DNA of 64,000 nucleotides from Terriglobia bacterium (GTDB lineage Bacteria; Acidobacteriota; Terriglobia; 20CM-2-55-15), in contig CBDHGK010000041.1 of the NCBI GenBank assembly GCA_965263045.1, forward strand, positions 1,909,514-1,973,513, written 5' to 3'. Positions 19,265-28,985 of this stretch are shown here, piece after piece. The notes beneath the pieces are model-generated. The model worked only from the letters and a program-made list of their open reading frames with translations, searched no databases and had not been told where the DNA came from. The stretch's first letter is position 1. Each line of letters starts with the position of its first letter. Made by a program: the position numbers and the translations under genes.

Positions 19265-19785
19265 TGCGACTCGCCGAGCGCAACGTGCGGGCATGTTGCC
19301 TGGTTGGTGGCCTGCCCCCCGGGGATTTGTGAGCGTGATGCACGATATCCCGCTGAGCATGCCTTTGCCGAGACGACGCGTACCCGGAATAATCGGTCCA
19401 ACCGTTCTGACTCAGAATTCAGAGACTCTCCAAATGACCAGCCCTTACTGAGTGCGACATTCTGAATCCAGACATTGCGGCCTGGGAAAACGTCTGCACC
19501 GTAAATGACGGCCCAGTCGCGGAGGATCACCTACGGCGAAACGTCTTCCCGGATACCCGCGATTCGCCGTTCGGGGGACGGCTTTGCGCTGGTGTGGAAC
19601 GCGGTTCAATTGCGCGAGAATGGACCAGTGCATGATGCCGCCGGTAAGGGCTCGGAGATAATGTTCGGGCTCGTGCGGTGATTGAAGGGGCCCTGCGCGA
19701 GGGCAGGTGATGCCTGAGAATGGATCGGAAAAAACAGACACTGCGCCGATCGAGGGGACCACTGAATGTCAACCGGAAGGCGGGT

Positions 19786-20049
19786 TCACTCAATACAGAT
19801 CTTGCAGGGTCGATATCCGGCGCCGAGGGCTTCGCCCAGGTCTCTGAATACGCGCGTCAGTTTTTTCGAATCGTAATATCTGCAGCCCGTCTGGTGCAGG
19901 GTCTTCGACCTGTGGCTCCCACGGTAGGGTCCGGGTCCCGGTTCTTCGGCCTTTTTTCTACCGGCTGATTTGTGAAGCAATACGCCGGCTCCCGCAGCAC
20001 CCGCCGCGGTCGCGACCAAACCGATCACAAGTTTCTTGGTCTTTCCCAT
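19786..20049 (-). CDS. small membrane-anchored protein with Ada N-terminal zinc-binding-like motif
   Basis: N-terminal TM helix, then H..GCRYY ... RVF ... AGYRPCKIC, resembling the Ada_Zn_binding pattern. Confidence 0.4.
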   Translation of the reverse strand: MGKTKKLVIGLVATAAGAAGAGVLLHKSAGRKKAEEPGPGPYRGSHRSKTLHQTGCRYYDSKKLTRVFRDLGEALGAGYRPCKICIE

Positions 20050-20395
20050 AGTGGGCTGATGTTATAGGAGGGGAGGAGAAGATCAAAGGGAAGGGCGGTT
20101 CCTGCACGCTGGGAGGGAGTTCGGAAGGCGCGGGCTGTGCGGGTAACGGAGCTGAATCGCTTGCTATGACTGGAGCGGATCATCGGCCGGTCCTGACGCG
20201 TCGACTCCGAAAGCCGCAAGATCGGACGGTAGCCGATGTGGCGCCATAGTGTCACAAATTATATCGTTGTGTGATATGACATGACGGCCTTTTCTATCTG
20301 AATTGGAGGGCGATGGTGATCCACAATAATCACCCCTATTGACAGTGTGGCCGCATCGTGTCTCCATTCCACGTCGATAGATCATAATCATCTCA

Positions 20396-21127
20396 ATGTT
20401 TTCATTTCCACTTGGCTTCTGGGAAGCCTTCACCGTGATCCTGATTGCCCTGGCCGCAGGCATGGTCCAGGCTGCGGCTGGATTCGGACTCGCATTGATT
20501 GCAGCCCCGCTCCTGCTTCTGGTGCACGGACCATTTGTGCCCGGACCCATGATGGCTGGAGGCATGCTGCTGACGGTTCTGATCCTCATCCGCGATCACT
20601 CGCACATCGATGTGTCCGGTCTGACGTTCGCCCTCGTCGGGCGAATCATTGGAACGGCCGGGGCCGCGGGATTTCTGCTGATCGCTACCGAAACACTGTT
20701 CGATCTGACCTTTGCCGCCCTGGTCATGTTCGCAGTCGTCTTGAGTGTTGCCGGCATCCAGCCTCAGCCGAACAGGAAGAATGCCGTTATCGCGGGCACG
20801 TTGTCCGGTCTGATGGGAACGATTTCTTCGATTGGGGGACCACCGATCGCCCTTCTATACCAGAATGCCAGTGCGTCCCGCCTGCGTGGAACGCTGGCCG
20901 GTTTCTTTCTCGTCGGATCGACGGTTTCCCTCGCCGTTCTGGTATGGGTCGGCCGCTTTGGAACCGAGGAAGTGATGCTGTCCCTGTTGTTGTCTCCGCC
21001 GGTGGCGTTGGGGTTCTGGCTCGGAGAGCCGCTGCGGACCCGAATGTCGGAAGGGGCCATTCGCCCACTCGTACTCGGTCTCTCGTTCGTATCCGGTATG
21101 ATCGTACTGCTGCGCGTGCTGCTGTAG
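20396..21127 (+). CDS. TauE/SafE (TSUP) family membrane transporter
   Basis: 243 aa, multi-TM, Gly-rich helices typical of the DUF81/TSUP family. Confidence 0.7.
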   Translation: MFSFPLGFWEAFTVILIALAAGMVQAAAGFGLALIAAPLLLLVHGPFVPGPMMAGGMLLTVLILIRDHSHIDVSGLTFALVGRIIGTAGAAGFLLIATETLFDLTFAALVMFAVVLSVAGIQPQPNRKNAVIAGTLSGLMGTISSIGGPPIALLYQNASASRLRGTLAGFFLVGSTVSLAVLVWVGRFGTEEVMLSLLLSPPVALGFWLGEPLRTRMSEGAIRPLVLGLSFVSGMIVLLRVLL

Positions 21128-21336
21128 TCGCCGCACTGAATTTCATGGGATGGGACTGTGGCGCAGTCTATGAAGCTGTGATTAATTCGGCCGCATATTG
21201 TCAGTACGGTTTATGACTGCACGCATCTGATGGATTGGGCGCTCAGCCATGGAAGGACCGGCCGAAGGACGCTGGGTCCCATGCTATGGAATGCACGCCC
21301 TACAGAAGGATGCTGGACCCCGGGGAGGAGCTAAAG

Positions 21337-21531
21337 ATGCCAAGAGCAGGGACGACGATACTGGATTCCGGCGACGAGTTTCCGAAGCTTGAGATCCAGC
21401 GCGTCGGCGGGGGTACACTCACCCTGCCCGATGAACTCGGCGGAAGCTTTGGTGTGGTTCTGTTTTATCGCGGCCACTGGTGAGTGTACTGCCGTCAGCA
21501 ACTGACCGCTTTCTCCAAGGCCGGCAAGCTA
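21337..21531 (+). pseudogene. thioredoxin-fold redoxin (TlpA/AhpC-TSA-like), 5' part, with in-frame TGA at 21481-21483 in a W-[TGA]-V-Y-C motif; split by IS630
   Basis: SD ggaggag and ATG at 21337. Sequence FPKLE ... GSFGVVLFYRGHW, then TGA, then VYCRQQLTAFSKAGKL. The frame continues after the IS at 22694. Confidence 0.55.
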
Positions 21532-22691
21532 GTGTAGTCCGTCACAGTTAATGTAACTTATTCAGCTTTCCTACGTCTGAGTATATATGAGGAGAGCACC
21601 GACGATTAAATTGGACATTCCTGTGCGGAAGGAACTGGAGCGACTGAGCCGAAGCCGCAGTGTGGCGGTCCGGTTGGCGGAACGATCTCGAATTGTCTTG
21701 CTGGCCGCCGGGGGTCTGGACAATCAGGAGATCGCTGCCAAGTTGGACATCACTCGTCAAAAGGCCGGACGTTGGCGCGATCGTTTCGTTGAAGATGGCC
21801 TCGGGGGAATCGAAAAGGACGCTTCCCGCAGTGGACGGATTCCCTCGATCGGCCGCCGGAAGCGGGCCCGGATCGTGAAGAAGACGGTCGAAGGGAAGCC
21901 TCCGAACGCCACGCACTGGAGCCGGTCCTTGATGGCCAGGGCAACCGGCGTCAGCGAGTCCACGGTAGGGAGAATCTGGCGGGCTCATGGCTTGAAGCCT
22001 CATCTGGCACGCACCTTCAAACTTTCCAACGACAAACAATTTGTCGAGAAGTTGGAGGATGTGGTCGGTTTGTATCTGAACCCTCCGGAAAACGCCATTG
22101 TTTTGTCCTGCGATGAGAAGAGCCAGATGCAGGCCCTGGACCGCACGCAACCCGGGTTACCTCTGAAGAAGGGGCGGTGCGGCACCCTCACCCACGACTA
22201 CAAACGCAACGGGACGACCACGATGTTCGCCGCGCTCAATACGCTGGACGGCTCGATTATCGGGACCTGTATGCCGAAGCATCGTCATCAGGAATGGATC
22301 CGGTTTCTCAATCAGATCAAACGTTCCGTGCCGAAAGACAAACAGATCCATATCATTTGCGACAACTACGCCACGCACAAACATCAGAAAGTCGTCAACT
22401 GGTTGAAGCGCAACACGCGCTTTCATGTGCACTTCACACCGACCAGTGCATCCTGGCTGAACATGGTCGAACGCTTCTTCCGGGATCTTTCCGAACAACG
22501 GCTTCGGCGCGGGGTTTTCCATTCGGTTCCTGAGCTAATCCAGGCCGTGGAGGAATATGTCGGGGGTCACAATCAGAACCCGAAGCCCTTCATTTGGACC
22601 GCAACGGCTTCCGATATTCTTGAAAAAGTTCAACGTGCCCGAAAGAAGCTCGATAAGTTACAGTCTGTTTGACGGGGGCCACTAGCTGAAG
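21532..22691 (+). mobile_element. IS630-family (Tc1/mariner-like) insertion sequence, 1160 bp, TA target duplication (21530-21531 and 22692-22693)
   Basis: Terminal inverted repeats GTGTAGTCCGTCACAGTTAATGTAACTTAT / GTGGCCCCCGTCAAACAGACTGTAACTTAT. Excision restores AAG CTA GCT GAA (K L A E) in the host gene. Confidence 0.85.
21587..22672 (+). CDS. IS630-family DDE transposase, 361 aa
   Basis: N-terminal HTH followed by a DDE_3-like core, of the kind annotated as IS630 transposases. Confidence 0.85.
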   Translation: MRRAPTIKLDIPVRKELERLSRSRSVAVRLAERSRIVLLAAGGLDNQEIAAKLDITRQKAGRWRDRFVEDGLGGIEKDASRSGRIPSIGRRKRARIVKKTVEGKPPNATHWSRSLMARATGVSESTVGRIWRAHGLKPHLARTFKLSNDKQFVEKLEDVVGLYLNPPENAIVLSCDEKSQMQALDRTQPGLPLKKGRCGTLTHDYKRNGTTTMFAALNTLDGSIIGTCMPKHRHQEWIRFLNQIKRSVPKDKQIHIICDNYATHKHQKVVNWLKRNTRFHVHFTPTSASWLNMVERFFRDLSEQRLRRGVFHSVPELIQAVEEYVGGHNQNPKPFIWTATASDILEKVQRARKKLDKLQSV

Positions 22692-22978
22692 AAGGCGTCA
22701 AAGTTGTGGCCGCTTCCGTAGATACGGAGGAAAACGCGCGCAAGACGATTGACGAATGTGGGCTCAATTTTCCGATGGGATTCGGTCTCGATATGAAGTC
22801 GGTATCGGCTCTGACCGGATGCTTCTACGAAGATCGCCGCGAGATTCTTCATAGCACGGGGTGGGTCCTCCGGCCTGACGGCCGGATCATGGTGGGTGTT
22901 TACAGCTCGGGCCCGATTGGTCGGCTCGTGTGGCAGGATGTGGTTGGCTTAGTCCAATTCGCCCGGTCGCAGGGCTAG
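22692..22978 (+). pseudogene. thioredoxin-fold redoxin, 3' part
   Basis: AEEGVKVVAASVDTEENARKTIDECGLNFPM continues the frame from 21529. Confidence 0.55.
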
Positions 22979-23323
22979 GCAACTGCAGTCCCCATCTCGT
23001 CCAGAGATTCATAATGGGACCGTTGGGCCGATCGTCATTGATTAGTCAGCGGTTGAATCGGCCAAGGCCGCTTTGATATAAGGCTGAAGGACCGCATAGT
23101 AGCGGAGATGGCCGGCATCTTCCGGGGCCTGATCCCTAAAGACAAGGAATGCTGGTACTCTGTGACCCTAAAGTCGATTCCGAACATACCGCTACCGAAA
23201 GGCACTGCGGAGTCGAATCCGCAGTAAAGCAAGCAGCCCGTGGCAGGATTTTCGAGGGCCTCCGAAGGGGAAGGTATGCGCGGTCAGTGCCGTCGAGGAT
23301 GAGTTCCAGACGATGAGTTCCAT

Positions 23324-24286
23324 ATGAAACGCAGCAACAAGCTCAATCTCTTCCAGTTGAAGAAAATGAAGCGGAACGGGACGCCCGTTGTCTGGATCAC
23401 GGCTTACGACTACCCCCTCGCCCATGTATCCGAGGAGGCCGGCGTCGACATGATTCTCGTCGGCGATTCTGGCGGCATGGTGCAACTAGGCCACGAAACA
23501 ACGAATCCGGTGACGATGGATGAGATGATGATTCTCGCGAAGGCGGCCCGGCGTGGGGCTCCGGAGACCTTTATCGTCGGTGACATGCCGCAGGGTTCCT
23601 ACGAGGTGTGTGACGAGGACGCCGCCCGAAACGCGCTGCGGTTTATCAAAGAGACCGGCTGTGACGCCGTCAAACTGGAAGGTGGCCGCCGCATGGCATC
23701 GCGTGTCCGGGCTGTTGCAGACGCGGGCATCATTGTCATCGGACACCTGGGCCTCACGCCTCAGAGCGCGACATCGTTCGGGGGCTATCGGGTCCAGGGT
23801 AAGACCCTGGAGAGTTTCGAAGCCACTATGGAAGACGCGTTCGCGTTGCAGGAAGCCGGCGCTGTGGCTATCCTGCTTGAAGCGATGCCCAGCGAGCCGG
23901 CCGGACAGGTGGCGCGGGCCGTTGAAATACCCGTCCTTGGAATCGGAGCCGGCAACAAGGTCGATGGCCAGCTCATGATTATTCATGATGTCCTGGGATT
24001 CTATCAGCCCTTTCGCCCGTCGTTTGCCAAGTGCTACATCCCGCAGGTCGCGTCCAGATTCCTCAGCCAACTGTCGAAGTGTGCCGATGTCCGCCTGATG
24101 GGCAGAGATGAACGCAAGGATGGCCTTCTGACGTTGACACAGCTTGCCGTCGAGGAATACGTGTCCGAAGTCCGCGCGGGAACTTTTCCAAGTTCTGAAT
24201 ACTGCTATCAAATCCAAGCTGACGACATGGACGGTCTCCGACGCTCGCAGTTCTGGCAGAAGCCCCGGAAAGCATCATCAGGTTGA
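23324..24286 (+). CDS. panB: 3-methyl-2-oxobutanoate hydroxymethyltransferase (ketopantoate hydroxymethyltransferase) with C-terminal extension
   Basis: VVWITAYDYP ... ILVGDSGGMV ... IVGDMPQGSY motifs are diagnostic of PanB. Confidence 0.85.
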   Translation: MKRSNKLNLFQLKKMKRNGTPVVWITAYDYPLAHVSEEAGVDMILVGDSGGMVQLGHETTNPVTMDEMMILAKAARRGAPETFIVGDMPQGSYEVCDEDAARNALRFIKETGCDAVKLEGGRRMASRVRAVADAGIIVIGHLGLTPQSATSFGGYRVQGKTLESFEATMEDAFALQEAGAVAILLEAMPSEPAGQVARAVEIPVLGIGAGNKVDGQLMIIHDVLGFYQPFRPSFAKCYIPQVASRFLSQLSKCADVRLMGRDERKDGLLTLTQLAVEEYVSEVRAGTFPSSEYCYQIQADDMDGLRRSQFWQKPRKASSG

Positions 24287-24488
24287 CCGCATCCGGAGTC
24301 GACGCGGGCCCTTCTCCCAGATGCCTGGATGGTGGCTGAGGACCGGCTGTGGGGTTCGGCCAACAGGGTCGAAATCGATCGCAGTGGCCGCTCGACCCCG
24401 GTGGCCGCGGCCCACGAGACTTCTGCCACGGGCTGCTAGCCTGGGTTTCTCACCAGTTGAGCGGCCACGTTAGTTGGAGCCCGAGATA

Positions 24489-24562
24489 TGGGACGGACAC
24501 CTAATTCTCTAGGTCGGCAGAGATCACGGTGTGTTGACATACCGAATTAGGTGTCCGTCCCA
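24489..24562. repeat. perfect 19-bp inverted repeat (tgggacggacacctaattc / gaattaggtgtccgtccca) with 36-nt spacer
   Basis: Read directly from the sequence. Intergenic, between panB and the gene at 24765. Confidence 0.8.
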
Positions 24563-24764
24563 GATCTCCCGCCCAGCAAGGCTTATTTGATGTGAGAAAC
24601 CCTGGCTCCCGAACTGGTGATCTATACCGGTTAGGGTGACTCGAATGTTTCCGTCGGGACGGGTTAACCATTTGAAGACCGGTTCCGTGCAACGGCCGGT
24701 CTGATCGATCGGTCAGGACTGTCCAGAGGAACCGACTGGGTTCCGGGAATAGACTTTCAGATTC

Positions 24765-25619
24765 ATGCCCCGTCGACTGCCGATCCCCGATGCCATTGAA
24801 GACTACCGCGACGTCCGATGGCTGCGGACCGAAATGGCGTCTGTGAATACGGCCCAAGAGGCGGAGCGCTTTATTGAAGACATTGGATTTGCGGGCTGTC
24901 TGACAGACGCGCGGCGGCCCGGTCCATCGCTGTACATTGCAGTTTGCGGAAGGCGTGACGCCATCATGCCGCCTAACGTCCAGAAAGATCCGGAGAGTGC
25001 CCTCACATGGCAGCTGAAGGATGCGGTGATGAAGCGTGGGCGCGTTTACTACGCCAAGCTTTCCCGGGGTAAAACCATGTTTCTGGCTCCGCGGATGATC
25101 CCCTATTTCAAGGCCCTCTGGGGAATTCCACCGCGTCAGGAGGGCATGCGTTTGAGCCCTTCGGCCCGATCCATCCTCGGGGTGTTGCGCCGGGAGTGGG
25201 AAATGGCGACAGCCGATCTGCGTTCTGAATCGGGTGTGACGGATCGGAAAACGTTCACACGGGCCATGGATGAGCTCCAGGCGGCGATGCTCGTCGTCCC
25301 CAGTGAAGCCATCTATCATCCGAAGTTCACCTACCTGTGGGAGTTGGCCACGGAGCGATTTCCCGACGAGCTCGCTGCGAGGAAAAAGCAGTTAACGGCG
25401 GTACGGGAAGTCGCGCGATGCTATCTCGACGGCGCGGGTCTCACCCTGCACGGCGAACTGGCGCGCGTCACCGGTTTGTCACGGGTCGAAGCCGGAATCG
25501 GGAACCAGGTCCTGGTCAGGGAAGGGTTCGCGCAGGCGATTGCACCTGGAACGTATCGCCTGAGCCGTCTGAGTGAGAGTCGGTTGTCTGCGGGTGCAAC
25601 GGGCAGATCTCCGAAATAA
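24765..25619 (+). CDS. winged-helix domain protein (possibly YcaQ/AlkZ-like)
   Basis: Weak resemblance to winged-helix HTH_42-type proteins. The assignment is tentative. Confidence 0.35.
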   Translation: MPRRLPIPDAIEDYRDVRWLRTEMASVNTAQEAERFIEDIGFAGCLTDARRPGPSLYIAVCGRRDAIMPPNVQKDPESALTWQLKDAVMKRGRVYYAKLSRGKTMFLAPRMIPYFKALWGIPPRQEGMRLSPSARSILGVLRREWEMATADLRSESGVTDRKTFTRAMDELQAAMLVVPSEAIYHPKFTYLWELATERFPDELAARKKQLTAVREVARCYLDGAGLTLHGELARVTGLSRVEAGIGNQVLVREGFAQAIAPGTYRLSRLSESRLSAGATGRSPK

Positions 25620-25654
25620 GTCCGACCGGACGCTCCGGAGACGGTTTCGTGCGC

Positions 25655-26590
25655 TTAATGCCTGCGGATAAACTCAAGTACAGCCCGGTTAAATGTCTCC
25701 GGCTGTTCCCAGTAAGTGGAGTGTCCCGCATTGGGCACGATCAGGCCTTCGGAATTTCTGATTCGCGCCGTGTAGTATCGCTGCAGGGGCGGTGGCGCGG
25801 ACAAGTCCGCACCTCCTGTGATCAGCAGGGTTGGAGTCTCGATCCCCTCGAGAAGCGAGAACGTCAGGTGGTTTCGCAGCGGCTGTGTTTCCAGCAGCGG
25901 CCCCGCAGGACGGCTCCTGCTTTGAAGCTCGATCCAGCGGCGCGTGCCCTCCGGGTTGGCGGCCCGGTACAACGGCCCCAGCTCGCGGAACCAGACCGGC
26001 AAGTCCGGGTACTGGGAAGGTCGCAGCGTGCTGACCAGATCCAGATACTCTTCATCCTCCACCCGACCGACGTTGTTGGCAATCACGAGGCTCCGCAACC
26101 TCTGGGGAAACGACACCGCATAGTCCATGGCGACCGAGCCGCCAGCCGCCGTTGCCACGAGGTGAAAACGACCCACGCCCAGGTGATCCAGGAGGCCCTC
26201 GAGGTCGTCGGCCGCAGTGCCGGGCTGCGGGCCCGACGGGTCCACGACCGACCGGCCCCATCCGCGCCGGTCATAGGCGATGAAGCGGTATCCGGCCGCC
26301 GTGAAGGCCGGAATTTGATGTTCCCAGACCTGGCTGCTGCCGGACCCTGCGTGCAGGAACACGGCCGGTACTCCGCCGCCACCGGAATCGCTGAACCAGA
26401 TGCGGACTCCGGGCAGCTCAGCGTAGCCCTCGCGGGCTGGGGCCGTTGGTTCGGCTGATGCTTGAGGCCGCGCATGCGCCGACGATTCAACGCCGGGCAA
26501 CACCCCGCTGCCAGTGATCACAAGAAGTGACGCGCTGATCAGCCATTGAAAGCACCAGCGAATCCTGTCCGTGCTGCGCAGTCGGGCCAT
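25655..26590 (-). CDS. alpha/beta-fold hydrolase, secreted
   Basis: Signal peptide. HAGSGSSQVW and GxSxG-like ATAAGGSVA nucleophile elbow. Typical alpha/beta hydrolase length. Confidence 0.65.
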   Translation of the reverse strand: MARLRSTDRIRWCFQWLISASLLVITGSGVLPGVESSAHARPQASAEPTAPAREGYAELPGVRIWFSDSGGGGVPAVFLHAGSGSSQVWEHQIPAFTAAGYRFIAYDRRGWGRSVVDPSGPQPGTAADDLEGLLDHLGVGRFHLVATAAGGSVAMDYAVSFPQRLRSLVIANNVGRVEDEEYLDLVSTLRPSQYPDLPVWFRELGPLYRAANPEGTRRWIELQSRSRPAGPLLETQPLRNHLTFSLLEGIETPTLLITGGADLSAPPPLQRYYTARIRNSEGLIVPNAGHSTYWEQPETFNRAVLEFIRRH

Positions 26591-26657
26591 CCGCCGAGAA
26601 TACTACGCGCATCCGCTTCACTCCATCCTTAAAAGAGATCTTTCGGCTGGACCGGCC

Positions 26658-27872
26658 TCACGCGGTCAGGCATCCGAGAGTCTGACGGCTCCACCCGACG
26701 GCATCCATGTAGCAGTCCCGGATCGGGCCCTGTGCCAATCCGTAGAATTGTACTTCGTCCCAGTCCGCACGCTCATAGGCCACAGTGCAGCGCAGGGCCT
26801 GACCAATAGTGCCAGACCGATCGATGATCCCGGCCTTGACGATTGCTGCGATCGGGAGATTCGACAGGGCATCTTCGATCGGGAGGTCGAGCAGCGCGTC
26901 CAGAACTGATAGCAATCCCGCCGAGAAGAATGATTCCTGTTGCGCTTCTTTCTTTCCCTCGGCCAGGCGCTCGCACATGCGTGCGCGGATCAGGGCCACG
27001 CTGATCAGCTCCCGTGGTTTGTTGTCGACCGCCGACAACAGGAGCACACTCGCCCAGTTGCGGAGTCGTTCGGCACCGACCATTCGTGCAGCGTGACCGA
27101 TTGACGCAACCTCACTGGCAAGGCCGACTGCAGCCGAATTCGCATAGAGAAGTAACTTGTAGCTGAGCGTGATGTCCTGCGAGATTGTCTGTTCCAGGTC
27201 AGATATTGTCAGTTCAGGATCCTGAAGTTTGGACACGATGCGGAGCATCGTCAAGCGACTTACCGAAAGATCTCCCGCCATTCTGGCCGGCTTATACAGG
27301 AACCGTCCCTTGTAGTAGTCGAAGCCGAGGCTCTTGGGGAACTCCAGGTCATCGTAGGTGTCCACGCTGTCGGCGAGGAGCTTCCCTGGAAACCGACTGA
27401 GCGCCTGGACTCGATCCCGTAGCTCGTCCGGCAGATATTTCGTCACGTCGATCCTGATCGCGAAGGCGTGCTGGGCGAGCGTGCCGAAGGCGTCGTTATC
27501 GGTGGGGTCGGAAAGAGCGATCCGGTAACCTTGACGCACCAGTGCCGAAATTTTGTCACCGTAACCATCCCAGCAGGGCTCGTCGGAAAGACATAGAACG
27601 ACACGCGACTTCGGCATGTGCTCGAACAGACCGTCTCTGAACTCCTGACTCGTCAGATGAACGAAGCCTGTGTGCTCTCCGACAATCTGATCCAGGCCGG
27701 AATCGGTAAACGTGCTGAGAATCGCGCGCGCCGCCTCCGACTTTGCCATTCCCGTCGTCGCCAGGTCTCGGTGAGCGCGCAACTCGTAGCCGGCAACTTC
27801 GAGTCCGGACTGGTGAATCGGTTGTCGGCTGAGGAGGAAATCCTGTTCCGTATGTATCATTGAGTCGCCCAT
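26658..27872 (-). CDS. EAL-like plus HDOD domain signal-transduction protein
   Basis: N-terminal EAL-like region and C-terminal HDOD-like region (LLYANSAAVGLASEVASIGHAARMVG). Confidence 0.65.
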   Translation of the reverse strand: MGDSMIHTEQDFLLSRQPIHQSGLEVAGYELRAHRDLATTGMAKSEAARAILSTFTDSGLDQIVGEHTGFVHLTSQEFRDGLFEHMPKSRVVLCLSDEPCWDGYGDKISALVRQGYRIALSDPTDNDAFGTLAQHAFAIRIDVTKYLPDELRDRVQALSRFPGKLLADSVDTYDDLEFPKSLGFDYYKGRFLYKPARMAGDLSVSRLTMLRIVSKLQDPELTISDLEQTISQDITLSYKLLLYANSAAVGLASEVASIGHAARMVGAERLRNWASVLLLSAVDNKPRELISVALIRARMCERLAEGKKEAQQESFFSAGLLSVLDALLDLPIEDALSNLPIAAIVKAGIIDRSGTIGQALRCTVAYERADWDEVQFYGLAQGPIRDCYMDAVGWSRQTLGCLTA

Positions 27873-28305
27873 TTGAATCGTGGTTTGTTCGGCCTGAGTC
27901 GTCCGGTTAATTCATTCATTTGTCGTTCCCGCACTTTAAGTCACGTTATCTCGTGAGGTTTCCGCCGCGTGCTGACCCCGCCAGGTCATTGAGACGCGTT
28001 ATAGTTTCGAGCAATCCTCGTGCCAATCTCGGAGGGGCTCTGCCGAACGCGAGCGCGTCTGCCGCAACGCGCGTCTGCCGCAGCGATAAAAATCTCCGGC
28101 GGCCCGGATGTATGGCTAAGACCGTTCGAGAACGGGTCGTGAATCAGAGCTTGTCATTTCGGCAAACCCATTGGATTTACTGCCGGATGGACAGGTGGCG
28201 CGGGGAAATCGAATTGGCCGCCCGCGTTCTGCAACGGACACCTTGAATCAAAGTGCTCTCACAGAACGGAGCGGCCTGTGACTGCAGCTCGTGACCGATT
28301 GCAGC

Positions 28306-28806
28306 TTAGCCCATGCTGCCTTCGTCGGCGGAAGGACCGTAGATGGACGGAACCGACACGTTGAGTTCACGCAGGTAGACTGAAAGCTGGCCCCGATGGT
28401 GGATCACGTGGTTGAGCACAAAGGTGCGGACCACGGCGATCTTGGGCAGCGTCATCAGGGTCTGATCGCCCTGCTTGAGGGACCAGTCTTTCATAAACGT
28501 CTCGTCGCTGCACCCGGCAATCGCCGCGCGTGCAGCAGCGACGTTCTTGTCGAAAAGCGCAAGAACTTCGGCCTTCGAACCGCCTTCAAAGGGTGTATAG
28601 CCGGCGGCGAGATCGAGATCATCATGGTCGATGCCGGCGCTGGCCCATGCGGGCATCTCGGCAACGTGAGACACAAGCCGACCGGCGGTCATGGACTTTT
28701 CATGGGGCTTCCAGCCGTACTGGTCTTCTGGAACGCGATCGATAACGATGCGCGATGTCGCCATTTCCTGATCGAATTCAGGTATGAGAGAGGCGCTGAT
28801 TGCCAT
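28306..28806 (-). CDS. DinB-family (DinB_2-like) protein
   Basis: Four-helix-bundle DinB pattern with conserved His residues (HVAEMPAW ... HVIHHRGQ). Start at internal M13. Confidence 0.6.
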   Translation of the reverse strand: MAISASLIPEFDQEMATSRIVIDRVPEDQYGWKPHEKSMTAGRLVSHVAEMPAWASAGIDHDDLDLAAGYTPFEGGSKAEVLALFDKNVAAARAAIAGCSDETFMKDWSLKQGDQTLMTLPKIAVVRTFVLNHVIHHRGQLSVYLRELNVSVPSIYGPSADEGSMG

Positions 28807-28985
28807 TATTTTCCTCCTGTGGGTTAAAAGGTCGGCGAACATCTTACATCAGGTCATGTGGGAAAATCATGTGCAGGTGCCGGACCGCCCGGATGAACAG
28901 GTGAACGGTGATCCGATATCGTGTGGTAAAACAGGATCGTGTCATTGTTGATGTTATGATTACCGTTCGAATGGAGGAGTATGCG

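Noticed and set aside
24501-25319. 272-aa minus-strand ORF
   Set aside because: Antisense to the 24765-25619 gene. Arg/Pro/His-rich composition and no start context.
25649-26458. 269-aa plus-strand ORF
   Set aside because: Antisense to the alpha/beta hydrolase gene 25655-26590, which has clear catalytic motifs.
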